The position numbers and the translations under genes are program-made. 64,000 nucleotides of DNA from Eledone cirrhosa. Lineage: Eukaryota. The stretch is from the NCBI GenBank assembly GCA_964016885.1, contig OZ024740.1, positions 116,808,001 through 116,872,000 of the forward strand, given 5' to 3'. The notes under the pieces are model-generated. The model had not been told where the DNA came from. It made no database searches and worked only from the letters and a program-made list of their open reading frames with translations. This document shows positions 27,892 to 41,909 of this stretch, one piece after another; the first letter of the stretch is position 1, and each line of letters opens with the position of its first letter.

Positions 27892-30629
27892 ACCTAGATC
27901 AAATTTGGCTTCCACTCTTTCGGTATCAATAGAATAAGAATTATTCAAGAGCTTCTCCTAAAAATCTGGTCATGTACATATATCAGAAATTATTATTTTG
28001 TGTTATTAGAGTGATGGTGGTATAGACATGATTAGATGGTGTGTATGTTACGGAAATACATTACAATACACCCCACACGCCCACACTGGAACATTGATGT
28101 GGCCTAACTTCATACATGTTTCTGATCACCATTTTTTAGTCTTCGCATTGAGAGAATTGCCATTTTATTCCCTGGGATGTTTTAAGTAGATGCATATATT
28201 GTTTCAATTAATATTCAACTTGATATCATTTCATCTTTAATACTATCAATATCCTTTCACCTATACCCTATTAATACTGATATCATCTATAACTTATATT
28301 CTTTATTGTATCCACATTCTCATATCACTAACCCATTCACTCTGTTTTACTTAATACTCCTATTTTGAGTGATTTGATCAATCTGGATGGTTAAGAAGTT
28401 CATTTCGTAACCATGGGGTCTAGATTTTGGGGAAGTTCTATTTGCTATAGCCTAGAGTCGACCGAAGCCTTGAGTGAAATTGGATAAACAGAAATTGGTT
28501 TCGAAGTCCGCCAGATAAAGTGTACCTGTACAACAAAAAACCAACCTTGTCTTACACTCTGTTAAACTGACTCCTTCAGAGAATTATGCTAAGCGTCTGT
28601 GGAATATTCCTCCATTTACTTGCTGATTCATGAATAGGACGTTCATTTGATTGAACGAATGTATGCTCATCGTCGAAACCGATGGAGGATTCCTAATTGC
28701 ATATCCCCAATACCTGTCACTGTGAGTAATTTATTAGAATGACAAAATTTCATTAAATACAGTCATCTAAATAGTGTGTGTATCTGGGAGAGGTCAGCTG
28801 GGAAAACTTTTCTAAGTAATATCCATGGAGGGATTTGAACTCAGAATTGCAATGTATAGAAACGAAACTGGTGTTAGCAAGTCTAGTTCTGTTGCAACGT
28901 TCAAATGTTTTTAATCTTATATAAAAACTAGTTTGATATCCAGCAAGGATGCTTCTGTATATTCGCTCAAACCCCTTTCACTATAGGTATATGCTTGTTC
29001 AGGAGTAACATAGGGCTAGCCACCAGCAACAATAACAATAACCGAACAATGGGAATAAGTGCACTTTCTAAGGTAACAAGATAATACTTATGCATATGGC
29101 AAGCTTTGATTACACCTCAGGGAACAGAAACAGGTATCTCTATAAATGATTTTGGTATGCATTTCATTTAGATGGAATTTCCGAGTTGTTTTCACTGAAA
29201 ACGGCTATCTACCCTACCCCAACAACAGAATCACATGTCTATAAGGGAGCTTCAGCAACGTTAATAAGAGATCCTCTACCCGGCTGATCAACCTACTAGA
29301 AATAGTAAGCAAATCTCCCTCAGACTACATCATCTCACTTTTAAAAAATGTCACAGTATATGATGTAATCCAGTTTCACTTATCCAAATAAAAATAAACA
29401 CGGTAGTCATGGCTGCAACGATTTTTGATTCTACGTTTGTTCAATCAAAGCTTAAATAGGGGAAAAAACAACAAGAGCAAAAACAAACATAACAGCTACA
29501 GCAACATTAATCAGAACTACAGAATTAGTTTGATGTGGTTAATATTAGACATCCAATTAAGATAGAGCATCTGGTTTATTCAAACTGGCCATACATGTAC
29601 ATGCGCCATTCAGTATGTTAAAGCATCTTTTAGCGAACATTTTGGCTTTGTTTATTCTTTCAAGTTTCACTCATTAGACAAATGTAATATTTCTTTATCT
29701 TTTTAAAGAACCAACTATGTTGGGGTCTTGTGGAGTAAATTATGTCTTGCGTTTGATAATATTTATCATGCATTTTTTTTCTTTTTTAATGTGTTGATTT
29801 TAATAAGTTCGTGTTTTAGTATTTATATACATATTCTGGAATTTTCGACTTCCACATAAAATTATTTGTAATAATTTGCCTTCTTTTGGCGGTAAGTTTC
29901 TAAACCATTTGTATGAATTTGTAAATGGGGTGCTTTTTTATTTAGTTTTCTGATGTACGTTTTTGTTTTTTACATGCAACTATTAATAACACGAGCTGTA
30001 TATTATGGCAGTAATAGTCATCTGTTTTGTTGACTTCTGTTTAGTTTTCTCCATTAAGTTCAGTTTAACATTCGTCACAGACTGAACAACATTTCCTCTT
30101 TTGTTTTCTTGATTCCATTTTTAACACCAGCCTTTAACTTAACAATTTATTTTCTTTTATACCAATTATCTCTCAGTCATTTCTAATAACTTTTTTATGT
30201 TTAACTATTTTCAAGTTATTTTTTATTATCACATATCATATAGGAAAGATTTATTACTTCTGTGCAAGTACCGCTGTTGAAAATGCCCCAGATACATTTG
30301 TGAACACGACATTAAAATATGTTCTACATATTTTACAATCATGAAAAGATTGACGAACATTTGTCTGCTAGTTCTAGCAGTAAGGTCTTAATGCCAGGCG
30401 CTTCGTATATTATGTATATCTTCTACATATTTTACAATCATGAAAAGATTGGCGGAGATTTTATTGCTAATTCTAGCAGTAATTCTAGCAGTAAGTATAT
30501 ATGTATATATACATATGCATGCATACATACATACACACATACATACATACATACATACATACATACATACATACATACATACATGCATACACACACACAT
30601 ATGCATGTGTGGGTGTATGCATGTATGTA

Positions 30630-31090
30630 TGTTCTGGTTTTATAATTTGACAAAGTTTTACCAATAGAGAGAGAGTCGGTTTCTAACATAGACACAGGAC
30701 TCTCTCATTGGAATTTACACATCAACTAGGTAGATATGTATGCATGCATGTGTAGATATGGATGTTATTGTATGTGTGGATGTGGATGTTTTGAGTTGGA
30801 TGTGTATGTTTTGAGTTGCATGTATATATGCTTTGCATCTGTACATGTGTATATGCAGTTATTAGATGCAACATTTTTGGATTGTTTTACATATTTTTAC
30901 TGTTCCATTAATGGATTTTACTTGTAATTTCCTAACTAGTTGTGTTCTTTCTGTTCCTGTGAAGCCTAGCTTCTCAAGATTTGTATTGAGGCAGTTACTA
31001 ACATATCCTAGTGCACCAATAATCACAGGCATAAATCTGAAGGTGTAATCAGGGTGGAGTATCTGCAGATTTCTCATCAGTTCTGCATAA
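30630..31090 (-). mobile_element. 5'-truncated R4/Dong-like 3' end
   Basis: [23 protein letters not shown] (RLE C-terminus) plus 3' UTR; (TATG)n on both sides. Confidence 0.8.
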
Positions 31091-31121
<31 letters not shown>

Positions 31122-31168
31122 TGTATGTATGTATGTATGTATGTATGTATGTATGTATGTATGTATGT

Positions 31169-31744
31169 ATCCCAGTACAACCTGTCCCATGGTTGGGTCG
31201 TTGGCGACTAAACTGGCAACCCTACCAAGGTTTCTTGGAGAGGAGGGTGACTTTGGACATCCTGCAGGACTAAAATCAAAACCTGTCACAGGGCAAAGGA
31301 GCTCTTAAGAGTCAATGGCCATCCAAAATCACCGGGAGAGATGACCCCTTAGCCTTTGTCAAGGCAGAATTCTAGGAGAAGGAAAACTCTGATATAACAC
31401 CTGCAACCCTGATGGTATCCAATGATGTTCACTTGTTCTTCTTTTTAGTAAATATCATCTTGGTTAAGAGAGTGGGACTGGCTTTGTGCAATGCCTTTGC
31501 TCACTATAAAAGCTTCACGGCACAGGCATTGCTTTATATCTGGAGATCTCTCAGCACTTGTCGTCACATGGTACCATGGGCCCAGCACTATGTCTCAATA
31601 ATTGTCACAAGTGTAGTGTTTGTACCAGAGTTTTCAAGTTGCTGGCCAGACTAAAAAGTCACATTCGTTCAGCCCATCGGTAGGGGTTCTCCTACATTGA
31701 TATAAAGTAGTGGCCGTACTCGAAAACGAGTTGGCAGCCACCAT
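31169..31744 (+). mobile_element. Family X element
   Basis: Near-identical to 21340-21913. Confidence 0.8.
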
Positions 31745-31790
31745 ATATATATATATATGTGTGTATATATATGTGTGTATATATATATGT

Positions 31791-32146
31791 GTGATATAAC
31801 ACTTGCAACCCTGATGGTATCCAATGATGTTGACTTGTTCTTCTTTTTGGTAAATATCATCTTGGTTAAGAGAGCGGGACTGGCTTTGTGCAGTGCCTTT
31901 GCTCACTATAAAAGCTTCACGGCACAGGCATTGCTTTATATCTGGAGATCTCTTTGCACTTGTCGTCACATGGTACCATGGGCCCAGCACTATGTGTCAA
32001 TAATTGTCACAAGTGTAGTGTTTGTACCAGAGTTTTCAAGTCGCTGGCTGAACTAAAAAGTCACACTTGTTCAACGCATCGGTAGGGGTTCTCCTACATG
32101 GATATAAAGTAGTGGCCGTACTCGAAAACGAGTTGGCAGCCACCAT
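31791..32146 (+). mobile_element. Family X element, 5'-truncated
   Basis: Duplicates 31390-31744 and has the same 3' end. Confidence 0.8.
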
Positions 32147-32271
32147 GTATGTATGTATGTATGCATGCATATGTATATTTACATATATACTTACTGCTAG
32201 AATTAGCAATAAAATCTCTGCCAATCTTTTCATGATTGTAAAATATGTAGAAGATATTCTTCATTAAGACA

Positions 32272-32691
<420 letters not shown>

Positions 32692-32721
32692 CATATATAT
32701 ATATATATACATATATGTATG

Positions 32722-32868
32722 TTTTTCTGGTTTCATTATTTTATAAATTTTCACTGAAAGAGAGAGAGTCGGTTTCTAACATAGACACATGACTCTTTCA
32801 TTGGAATTTAGACAACATTAACTAGGTAAATATTTATGCACGTCTGCATGCGTGCGTGTGATGCGTGA

Positions 32869-32913
<45 letters not shown>

Positions 32914-33100
32914 TGTGTGTGTGTGTGCAAGTATGCATGTTATTGTATGTGTGGATCTGTATGCTGTGAGTTATATGTGTGTGTATGTGTCTATGTGCAT
33001 ATGTTTTGTATCTGTACATGTGTATATGCAATTATTACATGCAGAATTTTTGAAATGTTTTACATTTTTTTTACAGTTTCTTCAATGGATTGTACTTGTA
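32722..33100 (-). mobile_element. R4/Dong-like 3' UTR remnant
   Basis: Third copy of GAGAGTCGGTTTCTAACATAGACAC...AACTAGGTA. Confidence 0.7.
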
Positions 33101-33161
33101 TATATGTATGTATGATTATGGCCATACTCGATAACGAGGGGGCAGCCATCATATATATATA

Positions 33162-33275
<114 letters not shown>

Positions 33276-33891
33276 TACATATATACATAGTAAAAAACAT
33301 AAGTTGATCATCCTTCGGTTTCAATTATCAATATTTCAGTTCAATCAACTGAGTTATCTTATTGAATTATATAGTTAATGAGTGAGTATTCCATAGACAC
33401 GTGCAACCTTAAGTGATTTCTCAAGCAGAAACAGTGTGACACGGTTTGTGACAAAACTGGTACTTGAACTACAAGTACTGCCTATCTGATTGGCTTCCTT
33501 ACGTTTTTCGTCTGCTTAATTTCATTCACTAGACTTGGGTTAATCAAAATTAATAAAAGAATGCAAATTTCTCCAAAAGCAAAAACAAAAAAATAACAAA
33601 ACAGAAAAAAAAACATGCAGTGAGATTAAACTCAGAGCCTTGTGATTCAGAAGTGATCGTCTTAGCTACTGGACCAAGTCACAGTATATGATGACCGTCG
33701 CCTCGATATTGAGTGCCATAAACATGCGCTTTTGTTCATCCTTCCCTCTTAAAGATGCAGTGCTCATTATGGGGTCTCAAGATGCCGAAGTCATACACAA
33801 ATATAACATGACCAAGAATCGCCCCCTCTCCCTCTGAGACACCGACAGTATTCCAACATAGGACGCATCACTATTGGCGTTATATATATAT

Positions 33892-34074
33892 ATATTTAAT
33901 ATAGAAAGGCTTCTACAGGACTAGAACTGTTTCATTCGGGAGAAATCATCAGGAAGCCTGATGATTTCTCCCGAATGAAACAGTTCTAGTCCTGTAGAAG
34001 CCTTTCTATATTAAATATTTATACTCTGCTTTGTATTGAGTACCTTACTGTGGTTACCCCCGATTTAACCCGGG

Positions 34075-34075
<1 letters not shown>
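33892..34075 (+). mobile_element. TA/CA-flanked fold-back mini-element with HHR
   Basis: Perfect 62-bp arms (33892-34018) with a 3-nt loop; tail carries ACTCT..ATTGAGTAC. Confidence 0.85.
33907..33959 (-). ncRNA. Complete type I hammerhead ribozyme
   Basis: aggcttc-CTGATGA-tttctcccgaat-GAAACAG-ttctagtc-CT-GTA-gaagcct. 7-bp stem I, 4-bp stem III, GUA triplet. Confidence 0.85.
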
Positions 34076-34167
<92 letters not shown>

Positions 34168-35248
34168 CATACAATTACACACATATCCGGTGACTTTAAC
34201 AATAATTGCTCAAAATAAATATTAAGAACACCATTTCTGATGTAATATAATTATCTCTACAACAGTAGTGACAACATCAACGATTGCAATGAGACCGTAG
34301 CACAATAATTTGGCTGGATGGATGCTGGGCGTAAAGCAGCATAATACGACTAAGAAAACAAGATCTCCAACCCAATTTATTGGGAAAAGAACCAAAATGT
34401 TACGAAGCACGATATTTGTCAAAACAGACATCCAACAGTGTTCATCATAATTCCAACTATAATCTAGCTCAAACTGAACCCCTAAGACGTGATACCGGAT
34501 CATACAAAACCACATACCACATATCGTCACACTACATACAACGTCAACTCCATAGTAGGCGCGTCAGTAATGTTGAGTTTGTTGTTGTGACATTGAAGAT
34601 AGATTTGGATCAAATTGAACGTGGGAGTGGCTCGATGCTGGTATATAGTTTCCAACACCTTCTCTCTCACACTATCTCTGTCTCTCGCTCTCTCACTCCT
34701 TTTCTGTATGTGTGTTCATATGCATACACGCACATACATAAAATTATAAATGTACAAGCACCCCTAGCAGTGTGTGTGAGTGTGTTTATGTGTACATATA
34801 TGTTATATACATAAACTTACACACGTACACACACAAACTCTCTCTCACCCCCTCCTCCCCACATATCCTGATAATATTAGTAATAATCATTTCTTCTATA
34901 GGCACAAGGCCAGCAATTTAGGGAGCGGGGGAAAGTCGATTAAATTGATCCCAGTGTATTACTGGTGCTTTCACAGATATATAAATCATCGTTTGTTAAT
35001 TTTGTCACTCTCATCTGTCTTTCTATTTCTTCATCTATCTCTCATCCTATCTTCCGATGAAGGACTAACACCCTAAACGTTACGATTCTTTTTTTATAAA
35101 AAGCGTAAAACTAATATATATTATCCTTGTTCTTTCGTGTTGTTTATTCTTGTTGACTTTTCTCATACATACATACATACATACATTCATATATACGTAC
35201 ATACGTACATACATACATACACACTCGCATATATATAAACATACACAT

Positions 35249-35284
<36 letters not shown>

Positions 35285-36237
35285 GTGTGTATGTGTATAT
35301 ATGAACGTGTACGTGTTTGTATTCACGTATACACAAACTGATATAGATATGTATCTGCACAGTGAAAGAGAGAAAAAGAAAGAAAGAGAGAAAGAGAGTG
35401 TATGTACGAGTGAGTGTTTGTGTGTGTCACTGTGTGTATGTCTGTGCGTGTGTATATGTGTGTGTTGTGTGTGTGAATGTGTGTGTGTATGTGAGAAAGA
35501 AAGAAGGGAAGACAGAACGGGTGGGAAACTGTGAGAACCTTACTGTAGTGACTTCAACACAGCTTTGTTTCATTAGTTCTTACATAAGGAAGGAGGCTGC
35601 ATTGAAAATAATTAAGAACACTAAATAAACAGGAAACAGCATCAACACGATTGCCATACCGATCACAAGCCAATGTAGGAGACACAACGTAGTCGTTCTT
35701 TTTGCTAGAAATAGCCACAAAATCTTTCTCAATTCGTACAACAGGTAGGACTCACTGGACATAATGTAGTCATAGACATGCAAAGCAACAAGATGGTCAC
35801 GGTTATAACGCCTTTTATCATGTCCTATAATGTACGTCCTACTGCCATTGCGTGTTTCGGTAGCGTAACAGTTAGGGACAGAGAGGGGGAAGAGAAAATG
35901 AGGAAGAGAGAAAGAAGGAGAGAGAAAAGGAAAAAGTGAGAACGAGATAGAGAGAGAGTCAATCTCTTAGTACTTGATTGGTATTTTATTTATCGAACAT
36001 AAGGGATAAAAGGCCAAATTTATGTCAGTGGGAACTGAACTGAGAGCTGGAATAAATACTGCAAGGCATTCTATCCGACACTTTAACGATTCTGCCATTT
36101 CACTTGCCTATAAGCAACTACTTTCGTTGGTATAATCGACTGTGTCCCTCTCTTACTTCCCATCCACATTTCTGATATTGTGTCTATGCTAGAAATTATA
36201 AATCTATTATTTTTTTATTTTTTGTGTTTCTTTTTTT

Positions 36238-36462
36238 GCGGCCGGCCTTGCAGCGAAAGGGATTCGGGTTAATATTCTCGAACCCGAACTCGGAGAGTGT
36301 CCGTCCGGCGGTGGAATTTAACGCGTCGTCGCGTCATCGAAGCCGGCGGTCGGGCGAAGCAGCGGCAACGCAAGCGGACCCGGAGACTTGGCCGGGAGCC
36401 CCGAGAAGAGTTCTCACTTCTTTGTTAAGGACCGCGTCCGTGGAATGGGCTCCTCCGGAGAT
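36238..36462 (+). pseudogene. 28S rRNA fragment (D7 region), dispersed copy
   Basis: GC-rich island with CGAAAGGGATTCGGGTTAATATT, GCGGCAACGCAA, GGGAGCCCCGAGAAGAGTTCTCACTTCTTTGTTAAGG and GGAATGGG, matching conserved eukaryotic LSU rRNA segments. Confidence 0.85.
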
Positions 36463-37911
36463 AATTTGCCTTTTATCCTTCCGAGATTGATAAAATAAAG
36501 TACTGGTCAAGTACTGATGTTGATTTAAATTGACTTTCCCTTTACCCCAAATTTCTAGTCTTGGGCCCAAAATAGAAACTAAAGCGATGGTTTCATCCTT
36601 CCGAGGTTGAAAAATCAAATACTAGTGAAATATTGAGTCGATACAATCGATTTTCACCTCCCCACGTATTACAGGCCTTGGGTCTAGATTAGAAATCATT
36701 ATTCAGGCAGTGGGACGATGGAGTGGCAGTATCGGTAGAAACGTCGGGCAACATGCTTTGCAGCATAGACTTATGTCTCTTTATGTTTTGGGTTCAAATC
36801 CCGTCTATGTTAGCTTTGTCTTTCATCCTTACAGGGTCGATAATATAACACTGGGGTCTATATAATAGATTTTCTCTGCATCCTTCCAGACTCGATGTTA
36901 TAAGAGCCACCTCGGTCACGAATGATCATGGGTTTTCCACCTAGAAAGTTCCCTTCCGAGGTACAAATCTGGGCAAGGTTGTTCATGGACATCAGTAGTC
37001 ACTCATGCACACTAAAGGCCAATACAGCTTGGCACTAGTGACGTTGCAACTCAATTATACAGTTGTGTGAACTGAAGCAAGGTGAAATAAAGTGTCTTGA
37101 CTCATATCATACCGTCTTTAAAAAAGACAGATTGGTAAATGCAAAAACAACAACAACAACAAAAAAACAACAACACGCAGTGAATGAAACTCAACGTAGT
37201 CGCAGGGTTTGCAAAATTAGCAACCAAATCTCCCCACAAATGACACTAACCCCTTAAAAATGTAAAGAATGACATTTTTGAAAATGCAATCTCAGGTATA
37301 CAAAGAGACGAAAAGATTACACCTGAAAAACCTTTGATCATAGGCATGCCTAATTACGGCAGACCGGGTACTAAACAACAACAGCAATAACAATAAAAAA
37401 CAAGAACAACGTCAACAATAACAAAAACAATATTTGCAGCGGCGAAAACAAGAACAATAATATTTGCAGCGGTAAGAACAACAAAAACAATAGATGCAGC
37501 GTCAACAACGATAAAACAGCAACAACAATAGCTGCAGTGACATTAACAACAACTGTCATAGCAGCAGTAAAAGCAATATTAGCAATGCACTCCCCCCTCA
37601 TAAAACATAGACCAAAGGAAAATGGTTAATAGCGATGGCGACATATAATGTTTAAACTTCCTTTGAAGTGTCGAAGGAAAGAAAGGCATTTTGGATGGAA
37701 AGGAACCAAGGGAAGAAACGCTTGAGAGAACTTCCCCCAAGCGACCTCTATAATAACAGAATCCCTAGGGAGATGCTAATAAGCATGACATATATGGACC
37801 GGAAAGTATCTTAGTAAATAGTTAAGCTGCAACTTGTAAGGTTTCCAGTTCGGATTTCAGCACTGTTCATTTTACGTCTGCTTCCCATATGTGTAATATA
37901 TATATATATAA

Positions 37912-38007
<96 letters not shown>

Positions 38008-39179
38008 TTATAAAATGTATATATATATAATGAGACACTCGAGAATTCTTCATGGCGGAACCAAGCTATGTACAGAAGGACCGACTTATTCGGTGCCTGC
38101 AGACACCTAAGGACGGGAACTTTCCTCAAGCTATATGGATAAACCCCGGTTACGGCCTCCCACAACGACCCCCCCGCCCCTTGTAGATCCCCTACATCCC
38201 GTACCAATGACCAATGGACATCAACAACCACCCATAGTTTGAGCTCGCTATGGTGGATGGTCCACCGGATCCTCTACTGGTTAGGAGTCATCAAAACCAC
38301 GTTTTATTAAACCTGATTTTATATATAAATGTATATATACATCATGTGTATATATATATATATTTCATATGTGTATATGTGTATTTTTTATATATGTATA
38401 TATATGTATATATGTATATGTATGTGTATTTTATGTATGTATGTTTTATGTGTGTATATATTTTGTGTATGTATGTATTTTATGTGTATATATATATTTT
38501 ATATATATGTATGTTCTGTGTATATATATATATATATTTTATATGTATATATATATATGCTTGTGCGTACATACATGCATACATATATATATACACACCT
38601 GTATGGATTTGTGTGCGTAGATGTGTGAGTGTCTGAGGGGGTAGGTGTGAGTGTATGTACAAGTCAACCAGCATAAACCTTTTATTTCTAAACTTTCTAA
38701 ACTATCTAAGTATCAGACTTTAACCAACATTTTAAGTATTACCACCACACGTTTTGTATGTGTGGATGTGTGTGTGTGTCTGTGGAGGTGGGTGTGACTG
38801 TACGTGCAAGCCAACCTACATAAGTCTTTTTATTTGTAAATTTTCTACTCTAATCATAAATTTCAGTAGCACCACTCCACATACATTCCTCAATTTAAGA
38901 ATGACGTGTAGTATCTATTTCATACTATTAACCTTAATTGAATATATATCTGACCATAAATGCTTTTTGTGAAAATCAGTCATATGGAACTATTGTCATC
39001 TTGCCTGACGGTTTGAACTTTACAACACCACCTGCCTCTTTGAGGTCAAATACCAACCCTACTACCATCTACAAACTGACTAATGAGAATCAAGACTATT
39101 CCTAACAAGCTCATATGTCCCAAGGATCTGATACCATCAACACTATAAACACAGAGCTGGCATATCTAAGAACTGACTA

Positions 39180-39235
39180 ACTGCTTGATAAGGTCATAGC
39201 CATTCTATGGCTATCATCGAAATATATATAGCAGT
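39180..39235 (+). ncRNA. Type I hammerhead ribozyme with U3-A8 core variant
   Basis: actgc-TTGATAA-ggtcatagcca-ttcta-tggctatcatc-GAAA-tatata-TA-gcagt; all three stems pair. Confidence 0.75.
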
Positions 39236-39276
39236 AAATAAAGGATTATGAGTTCATGCAATTGACTTATGTTTCG

Positions 39277-39357
<81 letters not shown>

Positions 39358-39464
39358 TTATAAATATATATATATTTATATATATATATATGTATGCATG
39401 TATATATACTTAAATGTACATATATATATATATATGTATGTGTATATATATATATGCATATATG

Positions 39465-39537
<73 letters not shown>

Positions 39538-39930
39538 TTCACACATATATATATAAACAAATAGGAAAAAGGAAAAAATACAGTAGAAAATGCTGGAGGG
39601 ATTTTTTCAGTATAATATCAAAACATTTATTTATAAAGTGGGTATTTCCGCAGCATTTAACTGTGGTACCGGTTTCAGCATTATATGCTTTTTCAATTGC
39701 ATATTTATACGAATAATAATAAAATGGAGAAGAAAAATGTTTAGTTTTTGCATACCTATTTAGAGAGATAAATCCCGAGGCTATCGGAGGCTATCCTTCT
39801 GTCCGAGGCTATACTTCGTTCTCTGCAAGTTGACAGCATTCTTTACTGTATTGTTTTTCCTTTTTACTATTTGTTTATATATATCAACTCGAGTGTCACT
39901 TTTCTACATTAAACACACACACGCACACAC

Positions 39931-39962
<32 letters not shown>

Positions 39963-40049
39963 ATACATGAATATATATATATATACACATATATATATGT
40001 ATATAAAATATATAAATACATATATGTGTATGCTTGTATGTGTGTATGC

Positions 40050-40405
40050 CAAGTCGCTCTCGAGTCGTATGGGACACTGGTAACCTTGTACAACATGTCT
40101 CATGGTCGGGTCATCGGCGACCAAACTGGCAACCCCACCAAACTTGCTTAGTGAGGAGGGTGATATTTGGACACCCTGTGGGATGAAATACAAGAGCCGG
40201 CAAAGGGCGGAGAAACTCGGCAAAGTCAATGGCCATCAAAATAGTACTTTTGTTTTTACCTGGGAGTGAAAGCCCCCCAGTTGTTGTTACAATACCTTTC
40301 TAGGAGAGGGAAACTCTGAAAGAAAACCCCAGCGGCTGCGGAAGCATCAGATGATGTTGACCAGTTCTCCTTTTCGGGTAGTGTTTAGCAGAGTTTGCAG
40401 CCATC
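40050..40405 (+). mobile_element. Family X element (1722-type)
   Basis: Homologous to 1722-2138, with an internal deletion near the 3' end. Confidence 0.75.
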
Positions 40406-40612
40406 CGCATGACTGTCCATAGATCACAAATCAAAATACGGGAATACAGAAAATTACCACTGAGTGAACACATTGATACCTGTGCCGCCCCAAATCATCC
40501 CAACTTTAGAATCTTTCCCCTCTACAAATTTAAAGATAATGCCACCCACACCCAGCGCATCAGCAAAGAATATCCCTTTTTTAAACAAATACAGACCCCG
40601 TCTAAACACTTC
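40405..40612 (+). mobile_element. PLE GIY-YIG endonuclease C-terminal fragment
   Basis: RMTVHRSQI..PLSEHIDTC..FRIFPLYK..RISKE resembles the C-terminal half of PLE GIY-YIG domains. Confidence 0.6.
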
Positions 40613-41058
40613 TTCCTAAGACGAGCCCACAACATAGACACGTTGACATACTTACCTACATCAACATACATCCTATATACATTTCTATCCACATATAAAC
40701 ACAATGACATACGTAAACACACATGTTCTATGGTGCAAATTTGCATACCTTTTGATGTTTATAGATATACACGTGCCGATACGCACACATACACATACGC
40801 ACACATGTATTGCACATTGATGGGCACATACATATTTGTACACAAGTATCCCATACGGCAGGGCCGAATGGATTCCCCTTGCAGTACGTACAATCTGGAC
40901 TCACACACGCCTTGTTGTTATGACAATACTACACATCATTTCACCTCTTTTGTTATTGATGTTCTTTTGAGAGAATCGTTTTTGCAAATAACTGAATATA
41001 TCGAATAATGTACGCCATTTTTACCAGTACCACAAAAATACTGGTCCATCCACACACA

Positions 41059-41096
<38 letters not shown>

Positions 41097-41296
41097 CACA
41101 CGCGTACACTAACATACAGACAGACATATATACACACACGCACACACTTCTCCGTATAAGACAAAAGCTGAAAAATATGTTTCTACATGTTAAAATAACC
41201 CCCCCCCACACACACACACAACCACACACTGACACACATACACACACATTCCTACTGACCGATTCATTTCCATTATCACAACAATGGACCACTTTA

Positions 41297-41330
<34 letters not shown>

Positions 41331-41626
41331 TTGTCTTAATAGACACCTGAACTGTTGACCTCTCAACATGACTGCAACTCAATCAAGCGGAAAAGGACAC
41401 TCTTCGACAAACCTACATTTGGCGCGAAACCAGTTCGCGCTAAAATCAATTTAAACATTCACGTGACTTCTACCGACCAATCAAAATTGTTTTGACTACA
41501 AGAATTTTTGCAACACGAATTGGCGCGAAATTTATAGTGCTTATTCACGTGATATTCAACAACCAATCAAATCTTAATACTTTTTCACATAAAACAGGAA
41601 GAATTTCCAAAACTGATGAGATTAGG

Positions 41627-41909
41627 TCACTCTGATGTAAAACCTGCGACTTCATTTGCATCCAATGATGTAGACCAATCCTTTTTGTGGTAAATGCATT
41701 CGATGTTCAGAGAGTGGGATTGGCTCTGTGCCATGCCTTTCCTCACTTAAAAAAAGCTTCAAGCACGGGCATCGCTTGATGTGACATTGTTTGCGATGCA
41801 TGTCATTGTTGGCCGTAGGCAAGTCCCTGGCAGGACTAAAAAGCCACGTCTGTGATGCTCATGCTTAAGTATCAAGCGATGGCATTACTCAAAATGAAGT
41901 TGTAGCCAT
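41627..41909 (+). mobile_element. Family X variant subfamily
   Basis: Homologous to 32290-32574. Confidence 0.7.

Noticed and set aside
36224-36618. GC-rich ORFs or CpG island as a host exon or functional rDNA
   Set aside because: The sequence is an isolated 225-bp 28S rRNA fragment with no other rDNA around it.
38050-38140. Possible HHR on the minus strand (TTGAGGA...GAAT)
   Set aside because: The flanks are direct rather than complementary, so there is no stem I, and GAAA is absent.
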